Under the pieces are notes generated by a model. That model was not told the DNA's origin and ran no database searches. It was given only the letters and a program-made list of their open reading frames with translations. 64,000 bases of DNA from Thermoanaerobaculia bacterium (GTDB lineage Bacteria; Acidobacteriota; Thermoanaerobaculia; Multivoradales; JAHEKO01): NCBI GenBank assembly GCA_049678185.1, contig JBAUDS010000371.1:2466-66465 (forward strand), in the 5' to 3' direction. Positions 52,418 through 62,105 of the stretch are shown one piece after another (within the stretch, counting starts at the first letter, position 1; each line of letters begins with the position of its first letter). A program made the translations under genes and the position numbers.

Positions 52418-53806
52418 TCAGCGTGAGGCCCAGTCCTCCACCTCTGCCACCGCTCTGGGTATCGGCCGGCCGAGAATGCGGTTGCCCTCCTCGAGGACCA
52501 CCACGTCGTCCTCGATGCGGACACCGCCGAAATCCCGGTAGGTCTCGACGCGCTCATAGTCGATGAACTCTTCGTGCTTGCCTTCGGTCCGCCAGCGGTC
52601 GATGAGTTGTGGAATGAAATAGATTCCCGGCTCCACGGTGATGACAAACCCCGGCTGCAACTCCCGGGCGAGACGCAGGTAGCCGAGACCGAACTTCGAG
52701 CTTCTTTCCGTGGTGTCGTCGTAGCCTACATCGTCCTCGCCCAGGCCCTCCATGTCATGGACGTCGAGGCCCATCATGTGCCCCAGACCGTGGGGAAAGA
52801 AGAGGGCATGGGCACCGGCCTCCACCGCCTCGTCCACGTCGCCGCGCATCAGCCCCAGCTCGCCGAGCCCGACAGCGATGCGATGCGAGGCGAGAAGGTG
52901 GATGTCCCGGAACGGCACACCCGGTGCGACGGCCTCGATCGCCTCCTCGAGAGCCGAGTGAACGATCGCGTAGATCTCCTTCTGTCGATCGCTGAACCGG
53001 CCACCGATCGGGATGGTGCGGGTGATGTCCCCGGCGTAGTGGCCGGGCGACTCGCCTCCCGAGTCGTGGATCGCCAGATCCCCCTCCTGCATGATGTTGC
53101 CGTGGCTGTGGTTGTGGAGGACCTCGCCCCGCACCGAGAAGATCACCGGGAAGGCCAGTGCACCCCCACGCGCGACCGCGATCCCTTCCACCGCGCCGGC
53201 GACTTCCTGCTCGCGCACCCCGGGTCTCGCCATCTTCATCGCCTCGGTATGCATCCCCCAGGTGATCTCCAGCGCCCCTTCGATCTCGGCAATCTCTTCG
53301 TTGGATTTGATCGCGCGTTGGGCAATCACGGCTCGCACCAGCTGGCGCGAGACCTGCTGCTCGATCGCCTCGGGACCGAGCTCGAGCAAGCGCTGGAGCT
53401 CGAGGACGCTCTGTGGCCTCAACGGCGGCAGCAGGTGGATCGTCCGGCCCTGATCGCGGGCCGCGGCCAGCACTTCGGCCAGCTGCGACGTAGGCCCCGT
53501 CTCGCTAACCCCCACCGCCTCCGCCTGCTCGGCGAAGGGTGTACGTGGTCCGGTCCAGACGATCTCGTCAACCGTGGGATCATCGCCAAACAGCACCTCA
53601 CGCCCCTCGTCCAGATCGATCACAGCCGCCAGACCCGGACTGTCGAGGCCCAGAAAATAGAGAAAGGAGCTGTCCTGGCGAAATCGGTAGGGGTTGTCCT
53701 TGAAGTTCATCGGGCTCTCGTCGTGACCCAGAAAGAGGATCAAGCCGGAGTCGAGTGAGCTTCTGAGTCGCGATCTTCGGTCACTGTAGGTCTCGGTATC
53801 GAACAT
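52418..53806 (-). CDS. Xaa-Pro aminopeptidase/dipeptidase (M24B family)
   Basis: M24 pita-bread metal ligand pattern (HGLGHMMGLDVHD, EPGIY). Confidence 0.85.
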   Translation of the reverse strand: MFDTETYSDRRSRLRSSLDSGLILFLGHDESPMNFKDNPYRFRQDSSFLYFLGLDSPGLAAVIDLDEGREVLFGDDPTVDEIVWTGPRTPFAEQAEAVGVSETGPTSQLAEVLAAARDQGRTIHLLPPLRPQSVLELQRLLELGPEAIEQQVSRQLVRAVIAQRAIKSNEEIAEIEGALEITWGMHTEAMKMARPGVREQEVAGAVEGIAVARGGALAFPVIFSVRGEVLHNHSHGNIMQEGDLAIHDSGGESPGHYAGDITRTIPIGGRFSDRQKEIYAIVHSALEEAIEAVAPGVPFRDIHLLASHRIAVGLGELGLMRGDVDEAVEAGAHALFFPHGLGHMMGLDVHDMEGLGEDDVGYDDTTERSSKFGLGYLRLARELQPGFVITVEPGIYFIPQLIDRWRTEGKHEEFIDYERVETYRDFGGVRIEDDVVVLEEGNRILGRPIPRAVAEVEDWASR

Positions 53807-53827
53807 AGCAGCGAAATCTTATCCGAT

Positions 53828-54847
53828 GTGGCGATGGTGGTCCGGGTGTCGATTGCTTATGATGCAGCAGTTCCCGAGTCTCCAACCGTGACCGATCAGC
53901 AGATCCCCGCGACTCTCGAGGTCGTCGACTCCCACACCGAAGGGGAGCCGACGCGGGTGGTGATCGGTGGCTGGCCGCAGCTCGCGAGTCTCTCCATGGC
54001 CGAGCGCCGGGACGAGCTCCGGGAGACCTACGACCACTTGCGACAAGCGGTGGTGCTCGAGCCCCGCGGTCACTCGGCGGTGGTCGGCGCCCTGCTCACC
54101 CCAGCGGTGGAATCGGGATCGGAGGCCGGTGTGATCTTCTTCAACAACGTCGGCTATCTGGGGATGTGTGGACACGGTCTGATCGGCGTCGTCCGCACCC
54201 TGGAGCACCTCGGTCGGATCGGCCCAGGCAGACTCACAATCGACACCCCGGTGGGCGCCGTCGGCGCCGAGCTGGCCGCCGACGGCGCGGTCACCATCGA
54301 GAACGTCCCCTGTCATGCCCACGCCCTGGATGTGGAGCTGGAGGTGGAAGGGCTGGGCAAGGTCGTCGGCGATGTGGCCTGGGGGGGCAACTGGTTCTTT
54401 CTCACACGTCTGCCCGACGAGCCGCTCGAGCTCGCCAATCTCGACCGGCTCCTCGCCCTCACCCAGAGTATCCGTCGCGCCACCGATGCCGCGGGACTGG
54501 TGCCGACCGGCGAAGGGGAGATCGACCATATCGAGATCTTCTCTCGACCCACCCGACCCGACGCCGACAGCCGCAATTTTGTCCTCTGCCCAGGTGGGGA
54601 GTACGATCGCTCCCCCTGTGGGACCGGCACCTCGGCCAAGCTGGCCGTGCTCCATGCCCGGGGCGAGCTGGAGCTGGACGAGCCCTGGCATCAGGAGAGC
54701 ATTACGGGGAGTCTCTTCACCGGCTGGCTCAGCCGCGAGGGTGATCGGCTCATTCCCCACATTCGCGGCCGCGCCTTTGTCACCGCCCACAGCACTCTCC
54801 ACTTTCACCCCGACGATCCCTTCCGCAGAGGTTTTGCCACCCCGTGA
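53828..54847 (+). CDS. Proline-racemase-family enzyme, probably 4-hydroxyproline 2-epimerase (Cys/Cys catalytic pair)
   Basis: DSHTEGEPTRVV, GMCGHG and SPCGTGTSA motifs. Both catalytic positions are Cys. Confidence 0.75.
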   Translation: MAMVVRVSIAYDAAVPESPTVTDQQIPATLEVVDSHTEGEPTRVVIGGWPQLASLSMAERRDELRETYDHLRQAVVLEPRGHSAVVGALLTPAVESGSEAGVIFFNNVGYLGMCGHGLIGVVRTLEHLGRIGPGRLTIDTPVGAVGAELAADGAVTIENVPCHAHALDVELEVEGLGKVVGDVAWGGNWFFLTRLPDEPLELANLDRLLALTQSIRRATDAAGLVPTGEGEIDHIEIFSRPTRPDADSRNFVLCPGGEYDRSPCGTGTSAKLAVLHARGELELDEPWHQESITGSLFTGWLSREGDRLIPHIRGRAFVTAHSTLHFHPDDPFRRGFATP

Positions 54848-55962
54848 CCCGGCGCTCCCACCCGGATGTCGTGGTGGTGGGTGGTGGCATCGTCGGTGCC
54901 GCCTGTGCCTGGTATCTCGCCGACGAGGGCCTCGATGTGCTCGTTCTCGATGCCGGGTTTCCGGGCGGCGGTGCCACCGGTGCCGGCATGGGGCACCTGG
55001 TGGTGATGGACGAGACCGAAGCCCAGTTCGCCCTGACCTCCTATTCGCTCGACCTCTGGACCGAGCTGGCCCCCGAGCTTTCGGCCGACTGCCAGGACGA
55101 GCCCCGCAGCACGCTGTGGATAGCGGCCGACGAGGAGGAGCTGGCCCTGATCGAGGCCAAGGCCACGTTCTATCGCCACCGCGGTGTGGCGGCCGAGGTG
55201 CTGAGCTCCGCCGAGCTCGCCGGCGAGGAATCGGAGCTCCGCCCGGGTCTCGCCGGTGCGCTCCATGTCCCGGGTGACCGGGTGATCTACCCCCCGGCGG
55301 CCGCCTGCTGGCTCTTGGAGCGAGCGGTGGAGAAGGGGACCGCCGTCCAAACCGCCTGCCCGGTGGAGGAGATCGGATCCCACTGGGTGCGGACCGCAAG
55401 CGGGGAGAAGATCTCCTGCGATCTGGTGATCAACGCCGCGGGGCCCGAGGCCCCCCGTCTCACCCCAGGGCTCCCCGTCGAGCCCCGCAAGGGTCATCTG
55501 GCGATCACCGAGCGCTACCCGGACTTCTGCCGTCATCAACTGGTAGAGCTCGGTTATCTCAAGAGCGCCCACACGAAGGCCGCCGAGTCGGTGGCCTTCA
55601 ACATCCAACCCCGGGCCACGGGTCAGCAGCTGATCGGCTCCTCACGCGAGCTCGTCGGCTGGGACCTCGCCATCAACCGTCGGCTGCTGGGAGCGATGCT
55701 CCGGCGGGCATTCGACTATCTGCCGCGGCTGGCCGACTTGCAGGTCATCCGGGTCTGGACCGGCTTCCGACCGGCTACCCCCGACGGGCTGCCCCTGATC
55801 GGTCCCTGGCCCCGGATCGACGGGCTGTGGATCGCGGCCGGGCACGAGGGGCTGGGGATCACCATGGCGCTGGGCACCGGCCGGCTGCTCGCCGAGCGCA
55901 TCGTCGGGCGGCAACCGTCACTCGACCCGGCGCCATACGAGCCGGCGAGACTGGAGAGCTGA
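54844..55962 (+). CDS. FAD-dependent oxidoreductase (D-hydroxyproline dehydrogenase beta-like / HcnC-like)
   Basis: GGGIVGAACA dinucleotide-binding motif. Coupled to the epimerase (overlap 54844-54847). Confidence 0.75.
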   Translation: MTRRSHPDVVVVGGGIVGAACAWYLADEGLDVLVLDAGFPGGGATGAGMGHLVVMDETEAQFALTSYSLDLWTELAPELSADCQDEPRSTLWIAADEEELALIEAKATFYRHRGVAAEVLSSAELAGEESELRPGLAGALHVPGDRVIYPPAAACWLLERAVEKGTAVQTACPVEEIGSHWVRTASGEKISCDLVINAAGPEAPRLTPGLPVEPRKGHLAITERYPDFCRHQLVELGYLKSAHTKAAESVAFNIQPRATGQQLIGSSRELVGWDLAINRRLLGAMLRRAFDYLPRLADLQVIRVWTGFRPATPDGLPLIGPWPRIDGLWIAAGHEGLGITMALGTGRLLAERIVGRQPSLDPAPYEPARLES

Positions 55963-55966
55963 CACC

Positions 55967-56212
55967 GTGACCCGCATCCCCATCGTCATCGACGGGCGAA
56001 CAGTCGAGGCCGAGCCGGAGACCACCGTCGCCGCCGCCCTGCTCAATGAAGGGATCTGGGGGTTCCGCTCCTCCGTGCAAAGCGAGCCCCGGGGGCCGGT
56101 CTGTGCCATGGGTATCTGCTTCGAATGCCGGGTGACGATCGACGGCATTCGCCATCGCCGAGCCTGTATGGAGCTCTGCCGACCGGGCATGGAGATCGAG
56201 ACCGGTGGTTGA
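55967..56212 (+). CDS. Small (2Fe-2S)-binding subunit (HcnA/OoxA-like)
   Basis: CAMGICFECRVTIDG Cys cluster. Confidence 0.7.
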   Translation: MTRIPIVIDGRTVEAEPETTVAAALLNEGIWGFRSSVQSEPRGPVCAMGICFECRVTIDGIRHRRACMELCRPGMEIETGG

Positions 56213-57464
56213 GAAGCTTGTGGCCGAGGTGGCCGTGGTCGGTGCCGGACCGGCCGGGATCGCCGCTGCCTGCCGGGCGGCGGAATCGGGGGCACGGGTC
56301 CTGCTGCTCGACGAAAACCCCCGGGTGGGGGGGCAGATCTGGCGGGGTGCGAGCCGTGGGCGTGGCCCGACCGCCGCCCGGCGCTGGCTCGCGCGGCTGG
56401 CAGACTCTTCGGTCCACCTCCTCGACACAACGGCGGTCGTCGATGCCCTCGGGGAGGGTGTGCTGTTGGCCGAGCGCAGGGGGGAGGCGCTGGTCGTCGA
56501 GAGCGAGCGTCTGGTCATCGCCAGCGGCGCCCGTGAGCTCTTTCTCCCCTTCCCCGGTTGGACCCTACCCAACGTGCTCGGTGTGGGGGGCGGTCAGGCG
56601 CTCCTTAAATCGGGGACCTCCTTCCGCGACCGGACGATCGTCATCGCCGGGTCGGGTCCGTTGCTGCTGCCGGTGGCGGCCGGTCTGGCTGGAACAGGGG
56701 CCCGTCTCGGCCTCGTCGCCGAACAGGCACCACCCCACTGGGTGCATCGTTTTGCCTTTTCTTGCTGGCGCTTTCCGGGCAAGCTGATCGAGGCGGCCCG
56801 CTATCGCGCCGCCTTCCTGAGCACCGCCTATCGCACCGGCGTCTGGGCGACCGCAGCCCGGGGTAACGACCGCGTGGAGGAGGTGATTCTCACCGATGGT
56901 CGCCGGAGCTGGACCGAGCCCTGCGACTATCTGCTGTCGTCCTACGGGCTGGTGCCCAACCTCGAGCTACCCCGACTGCTGGGTTGCGCCGTCGAGGACG
57001 ACCGGGTGACGGTCGACGACTTTCAGCTGACCACAGTCGGCGACGTCTACTGTGCCGGTGAGCCCACCGGCATCGGCGGAGTCGAGCTGGCGTTGGTCGA
57101 AGGGGAGATCGCCGGGTTGGCCGCCACCGGTCGCCACCGCCAGGCGGCGGCACTCGCCGGCCGGCGACGCCGGCTGGAGCGGTTTGCGGCGGCACTCGCA
57201 GAGGCCTTTGCCCCTCGGCAAGAGTTGGTGAAGAGAGTAGAAACCGATACCACCATCTGCCGTTGCGAAGACGTCGCCTGGCAGCAGCTCGAGCCCGCCG
57301 GGAGCTTCCGCCAGGCAAAGCTCGCCACCCGGGTGGGGATGGGGCCCTGTCAGGGGAGGGTCTGTGGACCCGCTCTGGCCCATCTGCGCGGCTGGGAATC
57401 CGACCGCGTGCGGCCACCGCTCAGGGTCGCCACTCTCGGTGTCCTTGCCACCCGGGATCGCTGA
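56205..57464 (+). CDS. FAD/NAD(P)-binding oxidoreductase large subunit (HcnB-like, D-Hyp dehydrogenase alpha-like)
   Basis: GAGPAG Rossmann motif. CRCEDV...GMGPCQGRVCG BFD-like Cys motif. Confidence 0.7.
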   Translation: MVEKLVAEVAVVGAGPAGIAAACRAAESGARVLLLDENPRVGGQIWRGASRGRGPTAARRWLARLADSSVHLLDTTAVVDALGEGVLLAERRGEALVVESERLVIASGARELFLPFPGWTLPNVLGVGGGQALLKSGTSFRDRTIVIAGSGPLLLPVAAGLAGTGARLGLVAEQAPPHWVHRFAFSCWRFPGKLIEAARYRAAFLSTAYRTGVWATAARGNDRVEEVILTDGRRSWTEPCDYLLSSYGLVPNLELPRLLGCAVEDDRVTVDDFQLTTVGDVYCAGEPTGIGGVELALVEGEIAGLAATGRHRQAAALAGRRRRLERFAAALAEAFAPRQELVKRVETDTTICRCEDVAWQQLEPAGSFRQAKLATRVGMGPCQGRVCGPALAHLRGWESDRVRPPLRVATLGVLATRDR

Positions 57465-57826
57465 GAAACCAGCAGCAAAAGAGCTGCCATTCAAAAACAA
57501 AAAAGTGGTGTGCAGTGTCCTGAAACCGGACACGCTCTCCCGACTGCCGCCACGCCCTTTGAGTATCGCGGATGTGGGCAGGTAGCCCGGTCCGGATGTT
57601 CGATTATCGCACACTTCGGAGGGAGCGCCGAGCTCAAAGACGGCGCTCTTGGGCACCGTTGAGGGATTTTCATTTCGATCCTCTATATGTAGCTAAATCA
57701 ATGCTTTAGCCCTCGTTGGGCAGCCATCGGCCGCCCCTGCGAAGCCCTCTTTCGGGTGTCTCTCGGAACCTGGTCCGACTCTTGCTCCTGGTAATGGACG
57801 TAGAACCCTTCGGAGCGAGGAAAACG

Positions 57827-58426
57827 ATGATGAAAAACCCAGATCCCCGGAAGACGGCAACGAGGAGCAGCAAGAGCCGGCGGCTCGAATCCAACCAGCG
57901 GATGTCGGGTATCACCCTGATGGAGATCCTGCTGGCGGTGGCGGTTATCGGCGTTCTGGCTACGTTTATCGTGCCGCGGATGCTCTGTGCCCTCGAGCGA
58001 AGCCACCTGACCAAGACCATCAAAGAGATCGAGTACGCGCGCGACGTCGTCGAGACCTACATGGTCGACAGCGCCTGGCCCCCCGAAACCCTCGAGCAGG
58101 CCTACGAGCAGGTCACGGCCGGCTCGCGACTACCCTCGGGCGTCTTCTACTGCAGCGGCTGGTACAGCGACCCCAACTCCGGTCACGGCAACGACTGCGA
58201 CTTCTACGACGAGGACAACCTCGGCGAGTCGAACCCCGGCGAAAAGCAGGGGACCACCGGAGTCAAGTACATCATGCGCACCGACACCGACCTCGCCCCC
58301 CGCTGCTCCAAGGTCGACTTCGTCTGGCTGCGCTGCTGCGACGCCGCCCCCGAGGTAGTGAAGACCGGTGACTGGCACGGCCCGCTGCCGGGCAGAGATA
58401 ATGGCAATGGGCAGGGAGGCAAGTAG
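57827..58426 (+). CDS. Type IV pilin / pseudopilin-like protein with a prepilin-type N-terminal cleavage-methylation motif
   Basis: G|ITLMEILLAVAVIGVLA class III signal after an unusually long (about 27 aa), basic leader. GAGG Shine-Dalgarno before ATGATG. Cys-rich C-terminus. Confidence 0.6.
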   Translation: MMKNPDPRKTATRSSKSRRLESNQRMSGITLMEILLAVAVIGVLATFIVPRMLCALERSHLTKTIKEIEYARDVVETYMVDSAWPPETLEQAYEQVTAGSRLPSGVFYCSGWYSDPNSGHGNDCDFYDEDNLGESNPGEKQGTTGVKYIMRTDTDLAPRCSKVDFVWLRCCDAAPEVVKTGDWHGPLPGRDNGNGQGGK

Positions 58427-58469
58427 GAGAGCGCCTCGAGCCCCAAGACGCATCAACCCCTCACCGAGT

Positions 58470-58499
58470 CCCACCCAGTGATCTGGGTGGGGCTTTTTT
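58470..58499 (+). terminator. Rho-independent terminator after the pilin-like gene
   Basis: cccaccca-gtgatc-tgggtggg stem-loop followed by GCTTTTTTC. Confidence 0.7.
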
Positions 58500-58520
58500 C
58501 TTGCTCCAGAGCAGTGAGGA

Positions 58521-60512
58521 TTATCCGGCCGCCAGCGCGATCTGGGCCAGCAGCGCGCCCTCGTACTCTTCGACCGATGCATAGGTGGCAAACGGTTGTG
58601 CCTGGAAGGGGTGGAGGTCCTCGGGGTAGAGCGGCGCGCTGCTGCCGGCGAGAATCCGACCCACGATGGTGAGAAAGGCCCGATTGGGGTCGGTCTCGGA
58701 GAGCAGCAGATGGCGGGGATCGAAGGTCCGGGTCGAGCAGCGGAAAGCCCGCAGCCGTCCGACCTTCGGGTCGGGCCGATCGACAAAGAGGTCGAGGACG
58801 AAGTAGGGCTCCTGTCCAGGCTCACGGATCTCGGCCGCCCCCACCGCCTGCAGCCGTTCATCCTTCAGCACCATCGGCCCACGGCCCACCAGATGGAGGG
58901 TCAGACTGTCCTCTTCCATGCTGACCGGAATGGTAATAACCGACTGAAGTGAAAGATCCGGCCCCGGTGCGTCGTTCACTGACTCCTCCTCACTGGTCAA
59001 CGCTATCAGTTCTTTGCTCTCTTTTCGTCCCCCGGGTCCAGCAGACGGCCGATCTTCATCCGCAGCTGAGACCCCGGCTTCCTCGGCGACAAGACTCCTG
59101 AGCTCGGACTCTGTCTCTGGCCCGAGATCGGGATGAGAAAGACCCGCTACCGCCAGGCGCCGCGCCAGCCCGCCATCGCAGGTTGCGGCCGACCGCACAA
59201 CGCGGAGGACCAGCATTGGCGGGAGCTCGGCCGTTTTGGAGACGAGCCCGCGGAGTAGCGTGCACGCCTCCTCCTCTTCATTCCTGTCCAAGAGAGCGAG
59301 ACCCATCAACGCGCACAGCCGTGGGGGAACCGAAGCCTCGGAGACCCATCCCTTGAGCTCGTCCCAGTGCTGCAGAGCCAGGTCGGCTTCCCCATCGCGC
59401 AGCTCCTGCTGGATCAGGTTCATCATCCGTGGTGCCGCCTTTGCCGGTTGATTCAGCTCCAGCGCGACATCCCACAGCGCCAGCGCGGCGTCGCGGTTGC
59501 CGCCGTTGCGGGAGAGCTCCTCGTCGAGGATTCTCCAGGCCTCCTCGAGATTGCCCTGCTTGCGCGCCGCCGCCGCCTGATCCAGGACCGGGTTCTCCTC
59601 CAGCCCGATCTTGGAGTGGATCTTGGGGGCCACCCACCGCTCTTCGAGATTCAGCGCCTTGACACCCAGAGCAAAGAGGGCGCCAAACATAAAGCCGCCC
59701 ACGTGCGCCAGGTAGGCGACGCCAGCGCTCTCACCCGGCATGACCTGGCTGATGTAGTGCGAGACGTGGGCCCAGTAGATTTCGTTGGCCAGCCAGAGCG
59801 GGAGCATGATCCAGGCCGCGGCCTCGAAGGTGCCGGTGTAGATCCTAAAAAAGAACAGAAAATAGAAGAAGCGGATCTTCACCTTCCAGAAGCGGATCAG
59901 AAAAGCCCCGACCACACCCGAAACGGCGCCCGAGGCCCCCACCATCGGCAGGGTGGAGTGAGGGTAGGCCGCGACGAAGAAGAGACCGGCAAAGATGCCC
60001 GCCGACAGGAAAAAGACGGTAAACAGCGGGCGGCCCCAGACGTCTTCGATGGGACCTGCGCCAAGATAGAAGATAAACAGATTGCCGAGCAGGTGGAACC
60101 AGCCGATGTGGAGAAACATGTGGCTGAAGAGCTGATGCAGACCGAGGTCGGCTGGAGTCAGACCCCAGCGCCGCACCGGGTGGTGGTCCGCCGCCTCGCG
60201 CCAGACCCGCACTTTGGCGTCGAGAATCGCCTGTTCTTCCTCCACGATGGCGGGGTCGGGCTCGTCGCCCCCCCTGTCCCCGAACAGATCGACAAAGGTC
60301 GACAGGTCCGGAACCTCCTCGAGAATCTCCTCGGCGCCCAGCTCGAGGTAGGGGTGCTCCATGTAGTACTGGACCGCGTCGCGGAAGAGCCCCGACCCAT
60401 CCTCCGCCATGCTCGTCAGCAGATGCACCACCAGGCAGACGGCGATGATGGTCAGCGACACCACCGGCCAGCGCAGCAGGGTGTCCCGCTCATGTGAGAT
60501 GGGCAGGAGCAT
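58521..60512 (-). CDS. Rhomboid-family intramembrane serine protease fused to a TPR-repeat domain and a C-terminal extension, 663 aa
   Basis: GASGAVSG (catalytic Ser) and AHVGG (His) motifs. TPR-like helical repeats follow. Confidence 0.7.
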   Translation of the reverse strand: MLLPISHERDTLLRWPVVSLTIIAVCLVVHLLTSMAEDGSGLFRDAVQYYMEHPYLELGAEEILEEVPDLSTFVDLFGDRGGDEPDPAIVEEEQAILDAKVRVWREAADHHPVRRWGLTPADLGLHQLFSHMFLHIGWFHLLGNLFIFYLGAGPIEDVWGRPLFTVFFLSAGIFAGLFFVAAYPHSTLPMVGASGAVSGVVGAFLIRFWKVKIRFFYFLFFFRIYTGTFEAAAWIMLPLWLANEIYWAHVSHYISQVMPGESAGVAYLAHVGGFMFGALFALGVKALNLEERWVAPKIHSKIGLEENPVLDQAAAARKQGNLEEAWRILDEELSRNGGNRDAALALWDVALELNQPAKAAPRMMNLIQQELRDGEADLALQHWDELKGWVSEASVPPRLCALMGLALLDRNEEEEACTLLRGLVSKTAELPPMLVLRVVRSAATCDGGLARRLAVAGLSHPDLGPETESELRSLVAEEAGVSAADEDRPSAGPGGRKESKELIALTSEEESVNDAPGPDLSLQSVITIPVSMEEDSLTLHLVGRGPMVLKDERLQAVGAAEIREPGQEPYFVLDLFVDRPDPKVGRLRAFRCSTRTFDPRHLLLSETDPNRAFLTIVGRILAGSSAPLYPEDLHPFQAQPFATYASVEEYEGALLAQIALAAG

Positions 60513-60653
60513 GAATTCAATGTGGCAGAGCCCCGAACTTCAGGCTAGGGAAGAGATCACAACTCGTTCGGAGCGCGATCGAAAGGGGGCTCTGGTGGGC
60601 TACCATTAGCCACGAGCACCAGCTGCAGTCAACCGATCAACGGTCGATCGCTG

Positions 60654-62105
60654 GTGTTCCCGCTCGCGGATCAGCGCTCGGAGGCGATGTTGTCGATTTT
60701 GGCCAGGTTCAGGCAGTTCCGGAAGCAGCTCACCCCGCAGCTTGCCTGGGACATCTTCATGGTCTACCTGGCGATCATCAACGTCTCGCTGATCCTCTTC
60801 GACCTCTCCTATCTCTGGCTCCGGCCGCAGTACTTCCGTTTGATACCGATCGTCACCGAGACCTACGACCCGGTAAAGGGGATCGAGCCGCATCCGCTCA
60901 CCGAGCGCTACCTCGAGGTCGCCGACGAGACCTATGCCCTGCTGGCTGCGGGGGTGTCACCCGTAGAGCTGGAGCCCCAACTCGCCGAGCTGCGCGAGCT
61001 GTCCACCCAGATCGTCGATGAAAACCCGTTCGAGCGCTCGGGACAGACGCGAAGCCTCATCCGTCTCCAGGTCGGTGTCAGGGACTATCTCTACCGCGAG
61101 GGAAGCCTGACGCCAGCGTCGCGTCCCACCGGAGAAGAGGCGCTGGAGCTGTTCTGGTCTCTCGAGCCGAGCTCCGGTCTGTTACCCGCCCGATCGAGCT
61201 TTTTCGACGGCGAGCTCCGGCCCTTGCTGGCGGTCAACTACCACCGGCGCTACGACCTGGATGGTGAGTTGGTCGACAAGTTCTGGATCATCGACCTTCC
61301 CTTTCTCCTCATCTTCGCCTTCGAGTTCGGGATCCGCTGGTATCTGTCGATACGCCGCTCCGACCTCTCCAAGTGGTTTCTCTTTCCGATCCTCAACTGG
61401 TACGACCTGCTGGGCATTATCCCGGTCAAAGAGATGCGTCTCTTCCGCTTGTTCCGGATCGCGTCTATTTATGTGCGACTCAGGCGCAGTGATCACTCCG
61501 CTGTTGGCGACGACTTCGTCAGCCGGACGATTAAGTACTTCACCAATATCGTCAGCGAAGAGATCTCCGATATGGTGGCGCTCCGCATCCTGACCGAGAC
61601 CCAGGGAGAGCTCAGAGACGGCACCCACCGGCGGATCATCCGTGCCGTGGCCGAGCCCCACCGCGACGCGCTGGCCGCCGAGCTCACCCAGCAGGTCCAA
61701 GGGCTTTTTTCCAACCAGGAGATCAGGGATCAGGCCCGGGAGTTTCTGGATGCCAATCTCGAGCAGGCGGTGGAGAGCGCGGCGGCTCTGCGCCGGATAC
61801 CGCTGCCCGATGCCTTGCTGCGCGCGCTGGTGACCACCATCGGCCAGGCGCTTTTCGACTCGTTCGCCGATACCGTGGCGGCGACTCTCTCCTCGAGCGA
61901 CGGGCAGGAGACGCTGGAGAGAATCATCGGGGACGTCATCGACGGTGTTGTCGTCGGGCTGACCGAAGGCGAGCTCGAGGCGCTGGTGCAGGAGATCTCG
62001 GTCGACGTCATCGATCACGTCAAGCAAGCCGTTGCGGTGCGCAAGTGGGCGCTACCCGACAAGCCCGCCCGAGTCCTGTTTACAGAAGATCTCGGTGGAG
62101 AATGA
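60654..62105 (+). CDS. Voltage-sensor-domain (S1-S4-like) membrane protein with no pore domain, plus an approximately 200 aa cytoplasmic C-terminal domain
   Basis: S4-like helix RLFRLFRIASIYVRLRR (Arg every third residue), preceded by helices carrying the acidic countercharges (FAFEFGIRW, NWYDLLGIIP). No selectivity filter or pore helices. Confidence 0.55.
   Translation: MFPLADQRSEAMLSILARFRQFRKQLTPQLAWDIFMVYLAIINVSLILFDLSYLWLRPQYFRLIPIVTETYDPVKGIEPHPLTERYLEVADETYALLAAGVSPVELEPQLAELRELSTQIVDENPFERSGQTRSLIRLQVGVRDYLYREGSLTPASRPTGEEALELFWSLEPSSGLLPARSSFFDGELRPLLAVNYHRRYDLDGELVDKFWIIDLPFLLIFAFEFGIRWYLSIRRSDLSKWFLFPILNWYDLLGIIPVKEMRLFRLFRIASIYVRLRRSDHSAVGDDFVSRTIKYFTNIVSEEISDMVALRILTETQGELRDGTHRRIIRAVAEPHRDALAAELTQQVQGLFSNQEIRDQAREFLDANLEQAVESAAALRRIPLPDALLRALVTTIGQALFDSFADTVAATLSSSDGQETLERIIGDVIDGVVVGLTEGELEALVQEISVDVIDHVKQAVAVRKWALPDKPARVLFTEDLGGE

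Noticed and set aside
57640-57700. Sigma-54 promoter upstream of the pilin-like gene (tgggcac...)
   Set aside because: The spacing and the -12 element (no TTGC at the right distance) do not fit the TGGCAC-N5-TTGCA consensus.
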